Positions 63,734 to 64,000 of a stretch of DNA of 64,000 nucleotides are shown piece after piece; position 1 is the first letter of the stretch; each line of letters opens with the position of its first letter. Source of the DNA: a virus. The stretch covers positions 39,621 to 103,620 of IMG/VR virus record IMGVR_UViG_3300017650_000001, one strand, 5' to 3'. The translations under genes and the position numbers were made by a program. The notes beneath the pieces are model-generated. The model did no database searches and had not been told where the DNA came from. It saw only the letters and a list, made by a program, of their open reading frames with translations.

Positions 63734-64000
63734 CATCTGAAATACCCGCTCAATCCCGGAGTGACGTAAAGGTTTTCGTTCTCGACTTGCTTACAAGCTG
63801 TTGCATAAGCTTCAGCCTTGTCGGTCTTTCGTACAGCTTCAAGGGCAGGAGCATGATGGCGAGCTAGACGATGAGCCAAATCTGCTGTATACGCATCTAA
63901 CCAGAAATAAGGCACGTTCGCATTACCGGCCTGTCGAATTGTCGCATCTTGTATCTGATTGTACACGTAGTAGTTCATCGTGTACATAGCTGTGTTGTCG
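63733..64000 (-). CDS. Virion connector-like protein, C-terminal part (start outside the window)
   Basis: VPYFWLDAY...LAHRLA pattern; reading frame open to the edge. Confidence 0.55.
   Translation of the reverse strand, partial: DNTAMYTMNYYVYNQIQDATIRQAGNANVPYFWLDAYTADLAHRLARHHAPALEAVRKTDKAEAYATACKQVENENLYVTPGLSGYFR

Noticed and set aside
1-64000. Prophage or chromosomal island, IS elements, inteins, introns, alternative genetic code
   Set aside because: No integrase, transposase, intein or intron motifs seen; genes are intact under code 11 and organised like a lytic phage

Overview
The window is part of a large lytic dsDNA phage genome, probably podovirus-like. The host is probably an alphaproteobacterium: tRNA-His has A73 and no G-1, and the promoters are CTTGCAA-N17-TATA type. 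1-26 kb (minus strand) is a replication and DNA-modification block: RecA/UvsX, TerC, TerB, SSB, UvsY-like protein, clamp loader, UDG-PolA fusion, beta clamp, primase, SNF2 and DnaB helicases, MazG, a sigma-like protein, and a 7-deazaguanine pathway (TGT/DpdA-like, FolE, QueD, QueE, QueC, YkgJ-like). 26.9-35.8 kb (plus strand) carries a J-domain pseudokinase / vWA / dCTP deaminase / divergent PurA module and an SbcC-like ATPase. 37-45.7 kb (minus strand) is an RNA island: Ro60 (TROVE), six Y-RNA-like genes with a shared scaffold but different effector modules, 36 tRNA genes read by eye that cover all 20 amino acids, and several orphan structured RNAs. All four tRNA-Arg genes have a rearranged fold with no D-arm and a D-loop-like GGA segment 3' of the anticodon arm. 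45.9-64 kb (minus strand) holds lysis, ejection and tail genes. The best candidates for new biology are the modular Ro60/Y-RNA array, the rearranged tRNA-Arg family and the J-pseudokinase/vWA/PurA-like module. All calls come from motif reading and manual base-pairing; no searches were run.
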